Counted from the first letter of the stretch, positions 1 through 9,998 are shown. The stretch: 64,000 nt of DNA from a virus (IMGVR_UViG_3300044729_003129:32001-96000), one strand, 5' to 3'. Notes: generated by a model from the letters alone, not told the origin. Made by a program: numbers and translations.

Positions 1-263
1 TTATCGACATTGCTCAATCCAATAGTTGTTTTATTTAACGCTTGCCATGTTTTGTCACCGCGCCAATATTGACCTGTCGTGCCTGCTGGTATTGTTGCTT
101 GTAAAGTACCACTATTACCCAAACCAGTTGCTAGGTCGCCTATAGTGATCTTTTTATTTGTGCCACTTGTGGCCATATTAAGATCACTAACATCAACAAC
201 TTGCAAAATATCATTTTGTGCAAGTCCTGTTGTTAATTCTGTTAGCTGCGAAGTCTTTGACAT
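1..263 (-). CDS. Probable tail fibre/structural protein, N-terminal part (runs off window)
   Basis: Manual translation MSKTSQLTELTTGLAQNDILQVVDVSD...GTTGQYWRGDKTWQALNKTTIGLSNVD; late promoter TATAAATA 6 nt upstream. Confidence 0.6.
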   Translation of the reverse strand, partial: MSKTSQLTELTTGLAQNDILQVVDVSDLNMATSGTNKKITIGDLATGLGNSGTLQATIPAGTTGQYWRGDKTWQALNKTTIGLSNVD

Positions 264-269
264 ATAGTG

Positions 270-277
270 TATTTATA
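270..277 (-). promoter_or_regulatory. T4-type late promoter TATAAATA
   Basis: Exact gp55 consensus; gp55 is encoded in the window. Confidence 0.75.
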
Positions 278-914
278 CTTTTTTCTTCTTCTCTTCAGCC
301 TTGATTCGTTTTTGAATGGACTTGCCGCGCTTCTCTAAACGATCAAGTACCTGTTGCGCGTTCATCCAGATGTCTTTGTCTTCAAGCATCTCTTTAATCT
401 CGCCTTCAGTAAGAAAGTCTGAATACATGTCTTTGAAAAGATTTGCGCTCCAGTTGCGTTCATGAACCATGCCATGATACATCTCACCACCTTTGCCAGC
501 AGTTCCTGCGCTATAGTTATGAAACAAGAACATGCTATGATCTGTAATCATATACTCATCGGCCATTAAAAAGATCAAAGTTGCAGCACTCATACATGCC
601 CCTTCAACACTTACCATAATATGGGCTTCAGTTTCAGAGAGTGCCTGCATAAATTGAATGGTAGTAAACAGGTTACCTCCAGGACAATTGATATGAATCT
701 TAACCACATCGGTTGGACGACTATTTCGAATATCATGAAACCATTGTATATAGTCACTTGCATCACCAATCTCTTCAGAGAGATAATACTCTTTGACTGC
801 ACCATAGTCGCTCGTAAAGCAATCATTTGCGCCACCCTTTAGTAGATCCAGTAAGCCCTTATTTTGTATGTTGTGTTTATGCATGTCCAAATAGTTTTTT
901 GGTATTATATTCAT
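273..914 (-). CDS. clpP: ClpP-like serine protease
   Basis: IHINCPGG, GACMSAAT (catalytic Ser), FLFHNY (His), DIWMNAQQ motifs. Confidence 0.8.
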   Translation of the reverse strand: MNIIPKNYLDMHKHNIQNKGLLDLLKGGANDCFTSDYGAVKEYYLSEEIGDASDYIQWFHDIRNSRPTDVVKIHINCPGGNLFTTIQFMQALSETEAHIMVSVEGACMSAATLIFLMADEYMITDHSMFLFHNYSAGTAGKGGEMYHGMVHERNWSANLFKDMYSDFLTEGEIKEMLEDKDIWMNAQQVLDRLEKRGKSIQKRIKAEEKKKKV

Positions 915-1572
915 TTATAGTCTTAAAAAGTTCATCCGTCCAACAATCTCGTTTTTGCACAAAAACTAGCGGTTGTGAACTGTTTTCTACAGCCATAACG
1001 ATTACTCCTTGACTTACTGGTGTGCCTGTACGCTCTTCACACATAATAGCATATGCTGCCATTTGTATAAAATAACTGTCAATCTCATCTTCAGTTTTAG
1101 CTCGAGAACTTGTCTTAAAATCGATTATGCTCAGCCGACCATCAAATTCTGCGATGAGGTCAACTCGACCAGCGAGTCCAAGATGATCTGAGTAGAGTGG
1201 AGCCTCTTGAAGACACACGTTATCGATTCGGTCATCCAAGACAGGCTTGATAGAGTTAAACATATCTTTTATATGAGGCATCTCTCCTTCAGCAAAATAT
1301 GAATCAATGTTATCAATATATCGCTCAACCGCTGCATGTAAAGCTGTGCCTCGCGTGCTTGCATGCCGGGCTACACGTGCTGCTTCAACTTCGCCAACTC
1401 GTGCTCTCCATTCTTGAAGTGCACCTTTGTTACGAATGCCTAATACAGTAGTAATACTAGGATAGGCTTTACCATTAGGCGTCATATAAAAGCGACCAGA
1501 AGTGGTAGTGTTTGCTTCTAGATCACTATAGCCAAGATCTATAGGTGAGTGCGTAAACCTTTTTCGATTCAT
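877..1572 (-). CDS. PD-(D/E)XK exonuclease typical of T4-like phages
   Basis: YPSITTVL, RGTALH, AGRVD, IIDFKTS, YFIQMAAY. Confidence 0.85.
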   Translation of the reverse strand: MNRKRFTHSPIDLGYSDLEANTTTSGRFYMTPNGKAYPSITTVLGIRNKGALQEWRARVGEVEAARVARHASTRGTALHAAVERYIDNIDSYFAEGEMPHIKDMFNSIKPVLDDRIDNVCLQEAPLYSDHLGLAGRVDLIAEFDGRLSIIDFKTSSRAKTEDEIDSYFIQMAAYAIMCEERTGTPVSQGVIVMAVENSSQPLVFVQKRDCWTDELFKTINEYNTKKLFGHA

Positions 1573-1739
1573 TAGAGTTTATCCCAATCAACAAATAGTT
1601 TTTGTTGTATTTCTTTATCTCTTCGATTGTCATCAAAGCGATTTTTCTTAAATTTTTTATTGCGAGAATAATCATCATGACCATCATCGTAATAGCCATG
1701 TCCCTTTTTCTTGTCTCTATTTTTTCTGCTGCGTCCCAT
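1572..1739 (-). CDS. Small charged hypothetical protein (55 aa)
   Basis: Manual ORF MGRSRKNRDKKKGHGYYDDG...VDWDKL; TAATG overlap with next gene. Confidence 0.6.
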   Translation of the reverse strand: MGRSRKNRDKKKGHGYYDDGHDDYSRNKKFKKNRFDDNRRDKEIQQKLFVDWDKL

Positions 1740-1742
1740 ATC

Positions 1743-2000
1743 TCAACGGGTTTCTATTTTTGCTTGTCTTCCACTTGCTTTTTTTACTTTGTTTAGTACG
1801 TCATTCCATCCACTACCAGCACGTTGAAGTATTGTCTTGCCTCCTTCATATGATATACCAGGAGCGGAGATGACGCGTTTTACGTTTCCAGCCAAAGTGC
1901 AGTGCGGGCATGGTTCGCTTAGCGGCAGGTCACGCGAATCCATAGGCAAACTTGCGTCCCAATAATAGTTACAAGATGTGCAATTATATGTGTATGTCAT
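1743..2000 (-). CDS. FmdB-like zinc-ribbon protein
   Basis: MTYTYNCTSC...CPHC...KRVISAP. Confidence 0.75.
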   Translation of the reverse strand: MTYTYNCTSCNYYWDASLPMDSRDLPLSEPCPHCTLAGNVKRVISAPGISYEGGKTILQRAGSGWNDVLNKVKKASGRQAKIETR

Positions 2001-2001
2001 A

Positions 2002-2454
2002 TTATTCTATGCCAAGATTTGGAAAGGCCTTTTTAATGAGTGAAGATGTAAGTAGACTATATTTTTTATGTAGTTTTTTATCTTTCATTGCAATTAAAAT
2101 TTCTGCATCAGATGCATGAACATTTTCTAACAGTTTGATAAAGGCCATCTCCTTTTTAATCTTGTCATATGTAGTATTACCAACTAAAAGGCGAGGCAAC
2201 ACATCAATCTGTTTTCTTAGCGGAGAAAAATTTACTCCTGCTGGGTTTGGGCTAGGCGTATATGGAGGAGCACCTACCGGTAAATCAAATTTTATATCAG
2301 GACGAAATGCTGCCTGAAGTATAGTCTTTAATTCATAAGATTCATTTTCTTGAAGTATGCGCACTCGATCAGCGACTTTGTCTGTCGCCTGTATGCTTTC
2401 AAAAATTTCAAACGGATGTTTTGTTCTGTTGTTTGATGCAGTTTGTGGTCTCAT
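2002..2454 (-). CDS. Conserved T4-like hypothetical protein next to RNase H
   Basis: LPVGAPPY, FIKLLENVHASDAEIL, AFPNL; synteny. Confidence 0.65.
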   Translation of the reverse strand: MRPQTASNNRTKHPFEIFESIQATDKVADRVRILQENESYELKTILQAAFRPDIKFDLPVGAPPYTPSPNPAGVNFSPLRKQIDVLPRLLVGNTTYDKIKKEMAFIKLLENVHASDAEILIAMKDKKLHKKYSLLTSSLIKKAFPNLGIE

Positions 2455-2465
2455 AATGTATGGTT

Positions 2466-3335
2466 TTATTTATGTGTAAAAAATTCTTCAGCACATGATA
2501 CTAACATGTTGCAACGCTTAGAGATAAGATAGTTAAGTATCTTAGAGTTTCCGACCGAAGCACACTCGGAATATGCAGATAGAATTGAAGCTTTTACATT
2601 TTCTGGTGTTTTGCTAAGATCAATTATTGTGCTATTACGAATATAGTTGCGATAGACTGTTTCTGGAAGAACACTTTCTAGTTTACCTTCATGCGCAGCA
2701 GCGATCCATGCTGTTATTTTAGTTGAACTGAGTGGTGTTTGACGACCGCCATCAACAAATACAGTATCAGATGACAAGACATTTGGAATGCCATCACCAC
2801 TGTCACCACGAAAGATATGCTCATAGAGATAATTAGCTGGGTTTTTATCACTCAACATCTTCTTAGTCATAGGGCTGTACTGAGAGACATTATCATACTT
2901 TTGAAGTTGAATAAAATCTTTGTCTGCGCTGATAATCATTACGGGTTCGTGCTGGCCAAACTCTTGAGTAGATTCAACGAGTGTGCCAATAACATCGTCT
3001 GCTTCTGCGCCTTGTACAACTACTACTGGATATGGCATGTGCTCAACTATTTCATCACGTATCTTGTTTATAATACCAAAAATTTCTTTCCAGTCAAGAT
3101 CAGACGCCTCACGACTCTTCTTGCGTCCAGCTTTGTATTGCGGATAATACTCTTTACGCCAACTGCCGCCATCACATGCGATAATCATACGTCCATACTT
3201 TTCTCTATACTTGAGATTATACATTCTCAGCGAATTTAAGATAATATGTCGCATAAAGTCCTCTGTAATTTTCCCAGGACGTGATTGAGAAAATATAGCA
3301 GAGATTGCAATTCCAGAATAGTCGATTAGTAACAT
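2466..3335 (-). CDS. rnh: T4-type RNase H (5'-3' exonuclease)
   Basis: LLIDYS, WRKEYYPQYK, EADDVIG, SADKDFIQL, GDSGDGIPN; start taken at MLLID, 6 nt after TATAAT. Confidence 0.92.
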   Translation of the reverse strand: MLLIDYSGIAISAIFSQSRPGKITEDFMRHIILNSLRMYNLKYREKYGRMIIACDGGSWRKEYYPQYKAGRKKSREASDLDWKEIFGIINKIRDEIVEHMPYPVVVVQGAEADDVIGTLVESTQEFGQHEPVMIISADKDFIQLQKYDNVSQYSPMTKKMLSDKNPANYLYEHIFRGDSGDGIPNVLSSDTVFVDGGRQTPLSSTKITAWIAAAHEGKLESVLPETVYRNYIRNSTIIDLSKTPENVKASILSAYSECASVGNSKILNYLISKRCNMLVSCAEEFFTHK

Positions 3336-3341
3336 GATATA

Positions 3342-3371
3342 ATTATACACTAGTGTGACTCAAATGTACAC
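3342..3371 (-). promoter_or_regulatory. Early sigma70-like promoter (GTGTACA-N17-TATAAT)
   Basis: Motif recurs more than ten times in the window. Confidence 0.7.
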
Positions 3372-3802
3372 TACTTTTTCCATAAACTTTTCACATGAGA
3401 TGAATTTATTTTTACTCCAATAAATTCGTTGTAAAAATCATCTGTAAGCAGCACCTCTTTGTCAAACTGTTCCTTTGCTTCCATATAAGACAATTCACCT
3501 TTAGATTTGCAGAGATATATGATTCGACGAATAAAATCTGATTGTCGTGATTCGACCAGAGCCTTTACAGTTTCGCTGCTGCCATAGTATTTCTCCCAAT
3601 CAGACTGTACACACTTTTTTCTTTTGCGGGTTTTGCCTTTTAGTGGAGCAAGTTTTTTTACACTAGACAACAGTTTTTTGCCAATATATTTTTTGCCATT
3701 TAGACTATCAGTTATTTCATAGACAAACCCAATATAACCTTCATCAATCTTCTCTTGAGCAAGTTCGCGAGTAAAAGGAAGTTCATTATATAGCCATGTC
3801 AT
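3371..3802 (-). CDS. Short GIY-YIG-family nuclease
   Basis: GFVYEIT...KKYIGKK, YYGSS, FYNEFI. Confidence 0.75.
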   Translation of the reverse strand: MTWLYNELPFTRELAQEKIDEGYIGFVYEITDSLNGKKYIGKKLLSSVKKLAPLKGKTRKRKKCVQSDWEKYYGSSETVKALVESRQSDFIRRIIYLCKSKGELSYMEAKEQFDKEVLLTDDFYNEFIGVKINSSHVKSLWKK

Positions 3803-3812
3803 AAATTATATA

Positions 3813-4013
3813 TTAAATTTCGTCATCGCGAGAATCGTCTTCTGTTCCATAGATACGATAGGTTCCACAAAAAGGGCAATATTCTGGGTAGAGTTCTTCG
3901 CGTTCTAGATCTTCAAAATCTTCTTCGTCATCGCAATAGTATTTATCGTCCTCATCATCCCAAGAGACTTCGTAGACGTATTTGCATTTTGGACATCTGT
4001 TGTTTTCTATCAT
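3813..4013 (-). CDS. Acidic zinc-ribbon protein
   Basis: CPKC...CPFCG. Confidence 0.65.
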   Translation of the reverse strand: MIENNRCPKCKYVYEVSWDDEDDKYYCDDEEDFEDLEREELYPEYCPFCGTYRIYGTEDDSRDDEI

Positions 4014-4032
4014 TATATTTAATATATTTAAA

Positions 4033-4227
4033 TTATTTTCTGTTATTTATATCATCAACAACGGGGTCGTTCTTTCTTTCAAAATATGCGACAAATGGAA
4101 CCAATGGCCAAAATGCCAGCATTAAAAGAGCAGACACTATCATAAGTATTGCTGCAAATGGTACTACTACAAACATACTAAGTGCATACCAAAATGGAGA
4201 CAGTTTTATATAGTCTTTACCCTTCAC
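4033..4227 (-). CDS. Small membrane protein
   Basis: Long hydrophobic segment; operon packing. Confidence 0.55.
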   Translation of the reverse strand: MKGKDYIKLSPFWYALSMFVVVPFAAILMIVSALLMLAFWPLVPFVAYFERKNDPVVDDINNRK

Positions 4228-5875
4228 ATGTGCTACAGGTTAAGATTGAACGTGCAAGTTCCTGTGCTGGATTTGCGCTACGTTGATAATACAACGACTT
4301 GACTCCTTGTTCCCAAGCAAAGATAAGAAGCTCGTTGACTTCTTTTGGCTTTGCAGTAGGTGCAATCATCAAGTTGAGTGATTGACCTTGATCAATATAC
4401 TTTTGACGTTGTGCTGCCTGAATGACAATTTCTTTTTGAGAAATTTCACCAAAGGTTTTAAATACATCTTTTTCTTCTGCAGAAAGAAAGTCTAGATGCT
4501 GTACAGAACCACCATGAGTAAGAACATCCTTCCATGTTTCTTGATCATTTTTGCCTTTTTCTTTGAGCAACTTTTCAAGATATGGATTGCGATAGGTAAA
4601 CTTGCCCTTAGCAAGATCCTTAACAAAATAATTGCTGTTTAGTGGTTCTATACTTGGAGATACTTGTCCAAGAATAAACGAACTACTTGTAGTAGGAGCA
4701 ATTGCAAGCGTAGTAGAGTTGCGTCGACCATAACCTTCCAACATAAATGGCTCGCCAAAAAGTTTTGCAAGTTGGGAGGTAGCAGAGTCTGCCTTGGCAC
4801 GGATAGTACTCCAAATTTGATTGTTCATCATCTTTGCTTCCATCGACTCGAATGGCACCATCTTTGACTGCAACAATGAATGCCAACCAAGCACACCTAC
4901 ACCGAGTGCACGCTGATTGATAGCAAACTTACGAGGCGCTCTCATAAATTCATTGCCAGGATTTCCAGTCTTCAAAATAAATTCAGACATGACTGCATCC
5001 AAGAAATATACAAGCGTCTCTACTGCATCTGTCTCTGCAATCTCGTCCCACTTTTCAAGATTAAGTGAAGAGAGGTCACATACAAAACTTTCATCTTCTG
5101 ATGTAGACAAAAAGATTTCTGTACAAAGGTTACTTGCATGTATCTTAAGACCCTTGTCTTTATACATCTGGGGTGCGCCGTTGTTTACATTATCAGAGAA
5201 AAAGATATAAGGATAGCCAGACTCAAATCGTTTTTTAATGACTGTACTCCAAACTTTACGTTTGTCTTTGTCGCCGCCAATCATACTCTTCATCCACTCA
5301 TCTGATACACACACGCCTATGGACAAGTCTTGAATAGCATTGCCTTCAGACCGAATCTTAAGAAACTCTTCAATATCAGGGTGATCAATAGGCAAATAGG
5401 CCGCAAAAGAACCACGTCGTACATTGCCCTGCGAGACATAGTTGATAAGCGAATCAAAAACTGTAAGCTGATGATGCACACCTGTAGCAGCACCACCAGA
5501 AGATATTGGGGCTCCTCGACCGCGCACATCTCCAAAATATGCGGAAGTTCCTCCACCGACTTTTGACATTGTACCAATCTCTCCGACCTTTGAGAGGATT
5601 CCATTCATGTCATCAGGTATATAACTACCAAAGCATGAGATTGGCAACCCGCGTTTACGGCCAAAGTTTGACCAGATTGGAGAAGCAAGAGAATAAAAAC
5701 CTCTTGACATATAGTCTACAAACTTGTCTGAAAAACCAGGCATATCATCTAATAACGCCTGCGCTCTATCTCCAATGTCCTGTATTCTCTGTTCTGGAGT
5801 TTCTCCCTCTAAGAGATATCCTCTCTCTAAAAATTTTCTACTATCTTTATTTAACCAATATATTTTATCACTCAT
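4217..5875 (-). CDS. nrdA: Class I ribonucleotide reductase alpha subunit (short form, no ATP cone)
   Basis: PISCF, RRGS, SNLCTEI, APTTSSS, DQGQSLN, KSLYYQ, C-terminal CSTCEG. Confidence 0.95.
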   Translation of the reverse strand: MSDKIYWLNKDSRKFLERGYLLEGETPEQRIQDIGDRAQALLDDMPGFSDKFVDYMSRGFYSLASPIWSNFGRKRGLPISCFGSYIPDDMNGILSKVGEIGTMSKVGGGTSAYFGDVRGRGAPISSGGAATGVHHQLTVFDSLINYVSQGNVRRGSFAAYLPIDHPDIEEFLKIRSEGNAIQDLSIGVCVSDEWMKSMIGGDKDKRKVWSTVIKKRFESGYPYIFFSDNVNNGAPQMYKDKGLKIHASNLCTEIFLSTSEDESFVCDLSSLNLEKWDEIAETDAVETLVYFLDAVMSEFILKTGNPGNEFMRAPRKFAINQRALGVGVLGWHSLLQSKMVPFESMEAKMMNNQIWSTIRAKADSATSQLAKLFGEPFMLEGYGRRNSTTLAIAPTTSSSFILGQVSPSIEPLNSNYFVKDLAKGKFTYRNPYLEKLLKEKGKNDQETWKDVLTHGGSVQHLDFLSAEEKDVFKTFGEISQKEIVIQAAQRQKYIDQGQSLNLMIAPTAKPKEVNELLIFAWEQGVKSLYYQRSANPAQELARSILTCSTCEG

Positions 5876-5896
5876 AATATAGATCTATATATCACA

Positions 5897-6889
5897 TCAA
5901 AACAGGTCGTCTTCGCTAAAGCTTTGATTTTTCTTTGAATATTCAACCGGGCGGCTATGAAAAAAATCCGCCATATTGTTGCCAAGTAGTTCTTCTTCAA
6001 ACCACATAGTGGACTCAAGCAACTCTCTATCCACTTCAAATACTGGTTTAAAACTGATTTGAACAAGGGATTCATTGATACGATTTTTAATAAACTCTTT
6101 AAGAATTGGTGCTGATAGCCCAGGTTCATTTATGCCATTGATCATCCAGTCAACAATCTTAGCTTCAGACTTGTATGCCTCTTCAGCTTCATGCGCGATG
6201 CGTGCCTCAAGCTCATTGTCAAATAGTTCAGGATGCTCTTCACGAATTGTGTTGATAATCTTTATACCAACAAGAGCATGAATGTTTTCTTCATTGCGAG
6301 TATACTTTACTTGCTGATCTGTGTCTTTAAGTACATTTTTAAAACGAGCGAACCAGTTAATAATATAAAACTGAGAAAATAACGAAACATTTTCAACAAA
6401 AAGAGTGAAAAGAATCAAAGCATAGAGATATTGTTTTTTAGAATCTTTATAAAACTTGTGAGTATACTTACGAAGATATTTAACACGACCTTGTATCCAT
6501 TCAAGTTTAAGATTCTCTTCAAAAATATCTTCTAGTTCAAGCACACTAAGTAGACGCTCATAGGCACTATTATGAATAACTTCAATGTTTGCCATAACAT
6601 AGCCTAGATCTTGAAGACTAGGATGCGGCAGGTTTTCTCCCAGCTTGGCCCAAAAAGTTTTTACTGCAACTTCAATTTGTCCAACTGCTGAAAGTGTACG
6701 CACAATAATCTCGCGTTCTTGATCATTTAAATCAACCTTAAATTGCTGCACATCAGATTTAAAACTAAACTCTTTGTCTGTCCAAAATCCATTGTGCATG
6801 GCTTCAATAAACTGCTCTGTCCATGGATAGTGGTTTGGTTTGCGGCTAATTTGTTCTTCGAAGATGCTGTGTGTATTATTGTCGTTCAT
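5897..6889 (-). CDS. nrdB: Class I ribonucleotide reductase beta subunit
   Basis: EVIH, ENVSLFSQF, NEENIH di-metal ligands; DFFHSRPVEY tail. Confidence 0.95.
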   Translation of the reverse strand: MNDNNTHSIFEEQISRKPNHYPWTEQFIEAMHNGFWTDKEFSFKSDVQQFKVDLNDQEREIIVRTLSAVGQIEVAVKTFWAKLGENLPHPSLQDLGYVMANIEVIHNSAYERLLSVLELEDIFEENLKLEWIQGRVKYLRKYTHKFYKDSKKQYLYALILFTLFVENVSLFSQFYIINWFARFKNVLKDTDQQVKYTRNEENIHALVGIKIINTIREEHPELFDNELEARIAHEAEEAYKSEAKIVDWMINGINEPGLSAPILKEFIKNRINESLVQISFKPVFEVDRELLESTMWFEEELLGNNMADFFHSRPVEYSKKNQSFSEDDLF

Positions 6890-6922
6890 GTTGGAAAATG
6901 TTACGCTGTGTAGCAGATGTTT

Positions 6923-6951
6923 ATTATAAACAGAAAAAGGCGAGTTGTAAA
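6923..6951 (-). promoter_or_regulatory. Early promoter TTTACA-N17-TATAAT for nrdB-nrdA
   Basis: Consensus match with A-rich upstream element. Confidence 0.7.
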
Positions 6952-6967
6952 TAATTTTTTACACGTC

Positions 6968-7255
6968 TCATGATTCATTCATGGCACGTCTGCGTATGCT
7001 ACGAAGAGCGCCACTAACAGAATCACGTAGTACAATTGTATGCTTGCTATTTTTCTTAGCATAATTGTATAAAGCTTGCTGCTCCTCATCTGCCATATCT
7101 AGATATTTACACCAGCGTTCAAACTTATTTCGCCCGGTTTCAAACCGTCTAAAGATGTCAGTTGGTACATTAAAAAGTCTCCATGTTGCTCCACTTTTAG
7201 GATAGTCAGAAGGTGGCATTGCAACGTCTCCAGTAACTACTTCTTCGTTTTTCAT
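6968..7255 (-). CDS. Conserved hypothetical protein
   Basis: 95 aa ORF, ATGA overlap with upstream gene. Confidence 0.6.
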   Translation of the reverse strand: MKNEEVVTGDVAMPPSDYPKSGATWRLFNVPTDIFRRFETGRNKFERWCKYLDMADEEQQALYNYAKKNSKHTIVLRDSVSGALRSIRRRAMNES

Positions 7256-7836
7256 TGCTTAATATCGTGTTGAGTTATTAATACTTTTTGTCCAGTCTTA
7301 CAATGCATGGCGTCATATACATTTACGCCAAAAATATTTCCAACCGGGCATGAATTTTCTGCTATTGATATTGTTGTATTCTTGAGAGCCAATATGTCTC
7401 CAGTTAGTTGTAATGGTAGGTTACGCGTTAATCTGTATGTTCCATGACGAAGAGTGTTGTCTTCATTGAGATACCAAAAAGACTCTTCAAGATGAAGCGC
7501 ACGTGGATCGCACCCAGTGACCTCTTTGATAACCTTAGCAAGTGCTCGATCAGAAACTCCAGTTTTTTCTTTTATGAGATAGAGCGCCGCAAGATACGAA
7601 GCAATTGTAGTCTTGCCAAATGGAATTACATTAAGCATACGTTTAACGTTAAAGACCAATTTATGAAAAATATTATACTTACTTTTTTCTTCACTTGTTT
7701 CTGGTTTGCGAATTACGTTGCCATTTGCATCTATAAGTCCCATCTTATAGGCTCCAGTTTTTGTCCATGGAGTAGTGAGTAAGCGTAAAAATCTAAATGC
7801 GTAAACAGTGTCTGTAGTGCGTGTTAGGAGTCCCAT
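7252..7836 (-). CDS. Conserved T4-like hypothetical protein
   Basis: FRFLRLLTTPW..AYKMGLIDANG, FHKLVFNVKR. Confidence 0.65.
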   Translation of the reverse strand: MGLLTRTTDTVYAFRFLRLLTTPWTKTGAYKMGLIDANGNVIRKPETSEEKSKYNIFHKLVFNVKRMLNVIPFGKTTIASYLAALYLIKEKTGVSDRALAKVIKEVTGCDPRALHLEESFWYLNEDNTLRHGTYRLTRNLPLQLTGDILALKNTTISIAENSCPVGNIFGVNVYDAMHCKTGQKVLITQHDIKQ

Positions 7837-7840
7837 AGTT

Positions 7841-8209
7841 TTAAATTCTTTGAAGTGTTCGAGCTACGTATAGATCAATAGGTATATTTATATATTCGCC
7901 TTCTGGAATATAGTTTAGATAAAGCAAAAATGTCTTAAGTGCTGGCCAACTATGTTCGTTTACTCGATTAAAACACATGCGTGTTGCTGCCTCAGGGTAA
8001 AACATATTGTGAAGTATAATGAGATGGTTTAAGATTAGCCTCTCTTGAAGTATACTTTTATCTTGATATTTTTTAAAGAGTTTTTTGATATACTTCAGAT
8101 GAGCAAGATCTGCATGAAATTCTTTTATGTCTAAACAGCGTGGATTATTATAATGCTTAGCCGCGTAGACTAAAAAATTTTTATCGTTTAACTCATTTAC
8201 CAACTGCAT
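7841..8209 (-). CDS. Conserved T4-like hypothetical protein
   Basis: YAAKHYNNP.C...EF..DL, RLILNHLIILHN. Confidence 0.7.
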   Translation of the reverse strand: MQLVNELNDKNFLVYAAKHYNNPRCLDIKEFHADLAHLKYIKKLFKKYQDKSILQERLILNHLIILHNMFYPEAATRMCFNRVNEHSWPALKTFLLYLNYIPEGEYINIPIDLYVARTLQRI

Positions 8210-8229
8210 ATTATAATTTATATCGTCGT

Positions 8230-8544
8230 TTATTTCGACAATAAATCAGTTACAGTCTTCCCTTTTTCCCAAAACTTACAACTCCAATAACGAGCCTTCC
8301 ACTTTGGGCCTGGATCTGTATCACACTGATGGCGAGCTCTAAAACTTTTTAGACGCTCTGGATCATCTCGTTTAATCTCTGCCTTTGGATCACCAAATCC
8401 AAGTTTTATAACGTTGCCCTTTTCATTACGCACATAGACATAAAACTTATGTTTTTCATCGTCGCTACGCCACGGTTCATTGAGAGTCACCTTACGACCA
8501 TCATATTCTGCCTGCTCAGAGATATATTCTTTAAAACGCATCAT
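8230..8544 (-). CDS. Conserved virion-associated protein with CTS-like N-terminus
   Basis: MMRFKEYISE; SFRARHQC...ARYWSC. Confidence 0.65.
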   Translation of the reverse strand: MMRFKEYISEQAEYDGRKVTLNEPWRSDDEKHKFYVYVRNEKGNVIKLGFGDPKAEIKRDDPERLKSFRARHQCDTDPGPKWKARYWSCKFWEKGKTVTDLLSK

Positions 8545-8550
8545 AATATA

Positions 8551-9852
8551 TTAGCGTGAGATTTCTTCCCAATCTAGAGATGCGTGAATTTGTGCTGGAT
8601 TACCACCTGAGGCAGTGCTCGCGGAAATTACCAGTGTCAATTCATTTGGAACTCCACTTAAACCATTGCGTTCAAGTTGAAATTTAAATAGCGCTTCTTT
8701 TAAAATATCAAGGGAAGGTTTGCTCTGAGTTGTAGAGCTCATATAACCAGATGCCAATATTCTTCCACCGGTAATTGCACTAGCATCCATCTTATATTCT
8801 ACAGCTGAATCTGCCGATGCTGGCTGCCAAGATCCACTTCCACCAGTAGTTGCACCTCCCGAAACTACTTTCCATTTATAGTTAGTTGTTGATACAGGTA
8901 ATATTGAAAGAGCTGTAAGAATTACAACTGCATCCAGTTTTGTAGATTTTAATCTTATCGTAATCACTGGATAATCAGTGCCCGCAGCAGTTATTAAATT
9001 ATATGGAGCATTAATTGCAGTGCCTATGCTTTGTTGCGCTCCATATAGTTGATATCCACCTTCTGAAATTACTGTAGAGCATATTTGCTTAAGAGTACTT
9101 GTACTGCCAGTGTTAGAGGTATTTTCAATTTCGTATCGCAATGGCAGTGAAGCAGTAGTTATGTATGTAGAAGCAACTATATTAGCATGATGAAATGTAT
9201 GGCATACAACAAATTTTCCATTAATTACAAAACCAACTCGAACGCTGCCAACTCCCAACCATTCAAAATCCATCCATAAAATTTGTGCTTTAGAAATATC
9301 AAGAGTAAGTCCAGACGAACCAGTCTCATTTAATAGTTTATCGCCATTCCACTGTGATTGTGGTATTTTGATATTTTGCAAAGATCCATTTACAATTGTG
9401 CGTTTTACTATATTTAAAGTCGTGCCATCAAGTTCAAAATAGATGCCGTTATCGGCACCATAATATCCTACACGTTGCACTAATCCTGCTTTTGCAGATG
9501 ACATTACAAATGTATTGAGAACTAGCAATGATTTTCCAGGTTGATATGAAAAAACCTTCGTCGTTTCTCGCTTTACAGATGAGCCAGACAGTGCAGTAAC
9601 ACTACAATCAATTAGACCTTGGTTTGCATTAAATGTTGCTGTACCGCTACCAGCTACTTCAGTGTTCCAAAGACCATTGTCAGCAAATCTATGACTAGAA
9701 TCAAATAGAGTAAGCGGTGAAGAAGTGCGCAGTCGTCCAAATGCATCAGTGATTGTTCCGCTTGGAGTAATCTGATCTGCAAGCATGCCAACCTCATAAC
9801 GAGCATGTTTACGAGTTAGCGAACTATCAGAAGTTAAAAATTGGGTTGGCAT
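8551..9852 (-). CDS. Beta-rich putative structural protein
   Basis: DAFGRLR, YQPGKS, WLGVG, LPLRYEI; S/T/G-rich. Confidence 0.6.
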   Translation of the reverse strand: MPTQFLTSDSSLTRKHARYEVGMLADQITPSGTITDAFGRLRTSSPLTLFDSSHRFADNGLWNTEVAGSGTATFNANQGLIDCSVTALSGSSVKRETTKVFSYQPGKSLLVLNTFVMSSAKAGLVQRVGYYGADNGIYFELDGTTLNIVKRTIVNGSLQNIKIPQSQWNGDKLLNETGSSGLTLDISKAQILWMDFEWLGVGSVRVGFVINGKFVVCHTFHHANIVASTYITTASLPLRYEIENTSNTGSTSTLKQICSTVISEGGYQLYGAQQSIGTAINAPYNLITAAGTDYPVITIRLKSTKLDAVVILTALSILPVSTTNYKWKVVSGGATTGGSGSWQPASADSAVEYKMDASAITGGRILASGYMSSTTQSKPSLDILKEALFKFQLERNGLSGVPNELTLVISASTASGGNPAQIHASLDWEEISR

Positions 9853-9861
9853 ATTTTCTTA

Positions 9862-9889
9862 TTTACAATTTTAGAAACTTTGGTATAAT
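9862..9889 (+). promoter_or_regulatory. Antisense-oriented early-type promoter TTTACA-N16-TATAAT (TGn-extended -10)
   Basis: Consensus match in a 146 bp intergenic gap, opposite to all neighbouring genes. Confidence 0.5.
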
Positions 9890-9998
9890 AATTAATATTA
9901 GCTTTTGATGCTAGTATTAAGGTATAAATCTAGATTTTTTATTAGAATCCTGAAAGTTCCGGGACGGATGGCTAATGGGGTTTTAAGGCGAGATAGAA

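Noticed and set aside
877-1572. Cas4/CRISPR system
   Set aside because: Ordinary T4-like exonuclease; no repeat-spacer array or other cas genes seen
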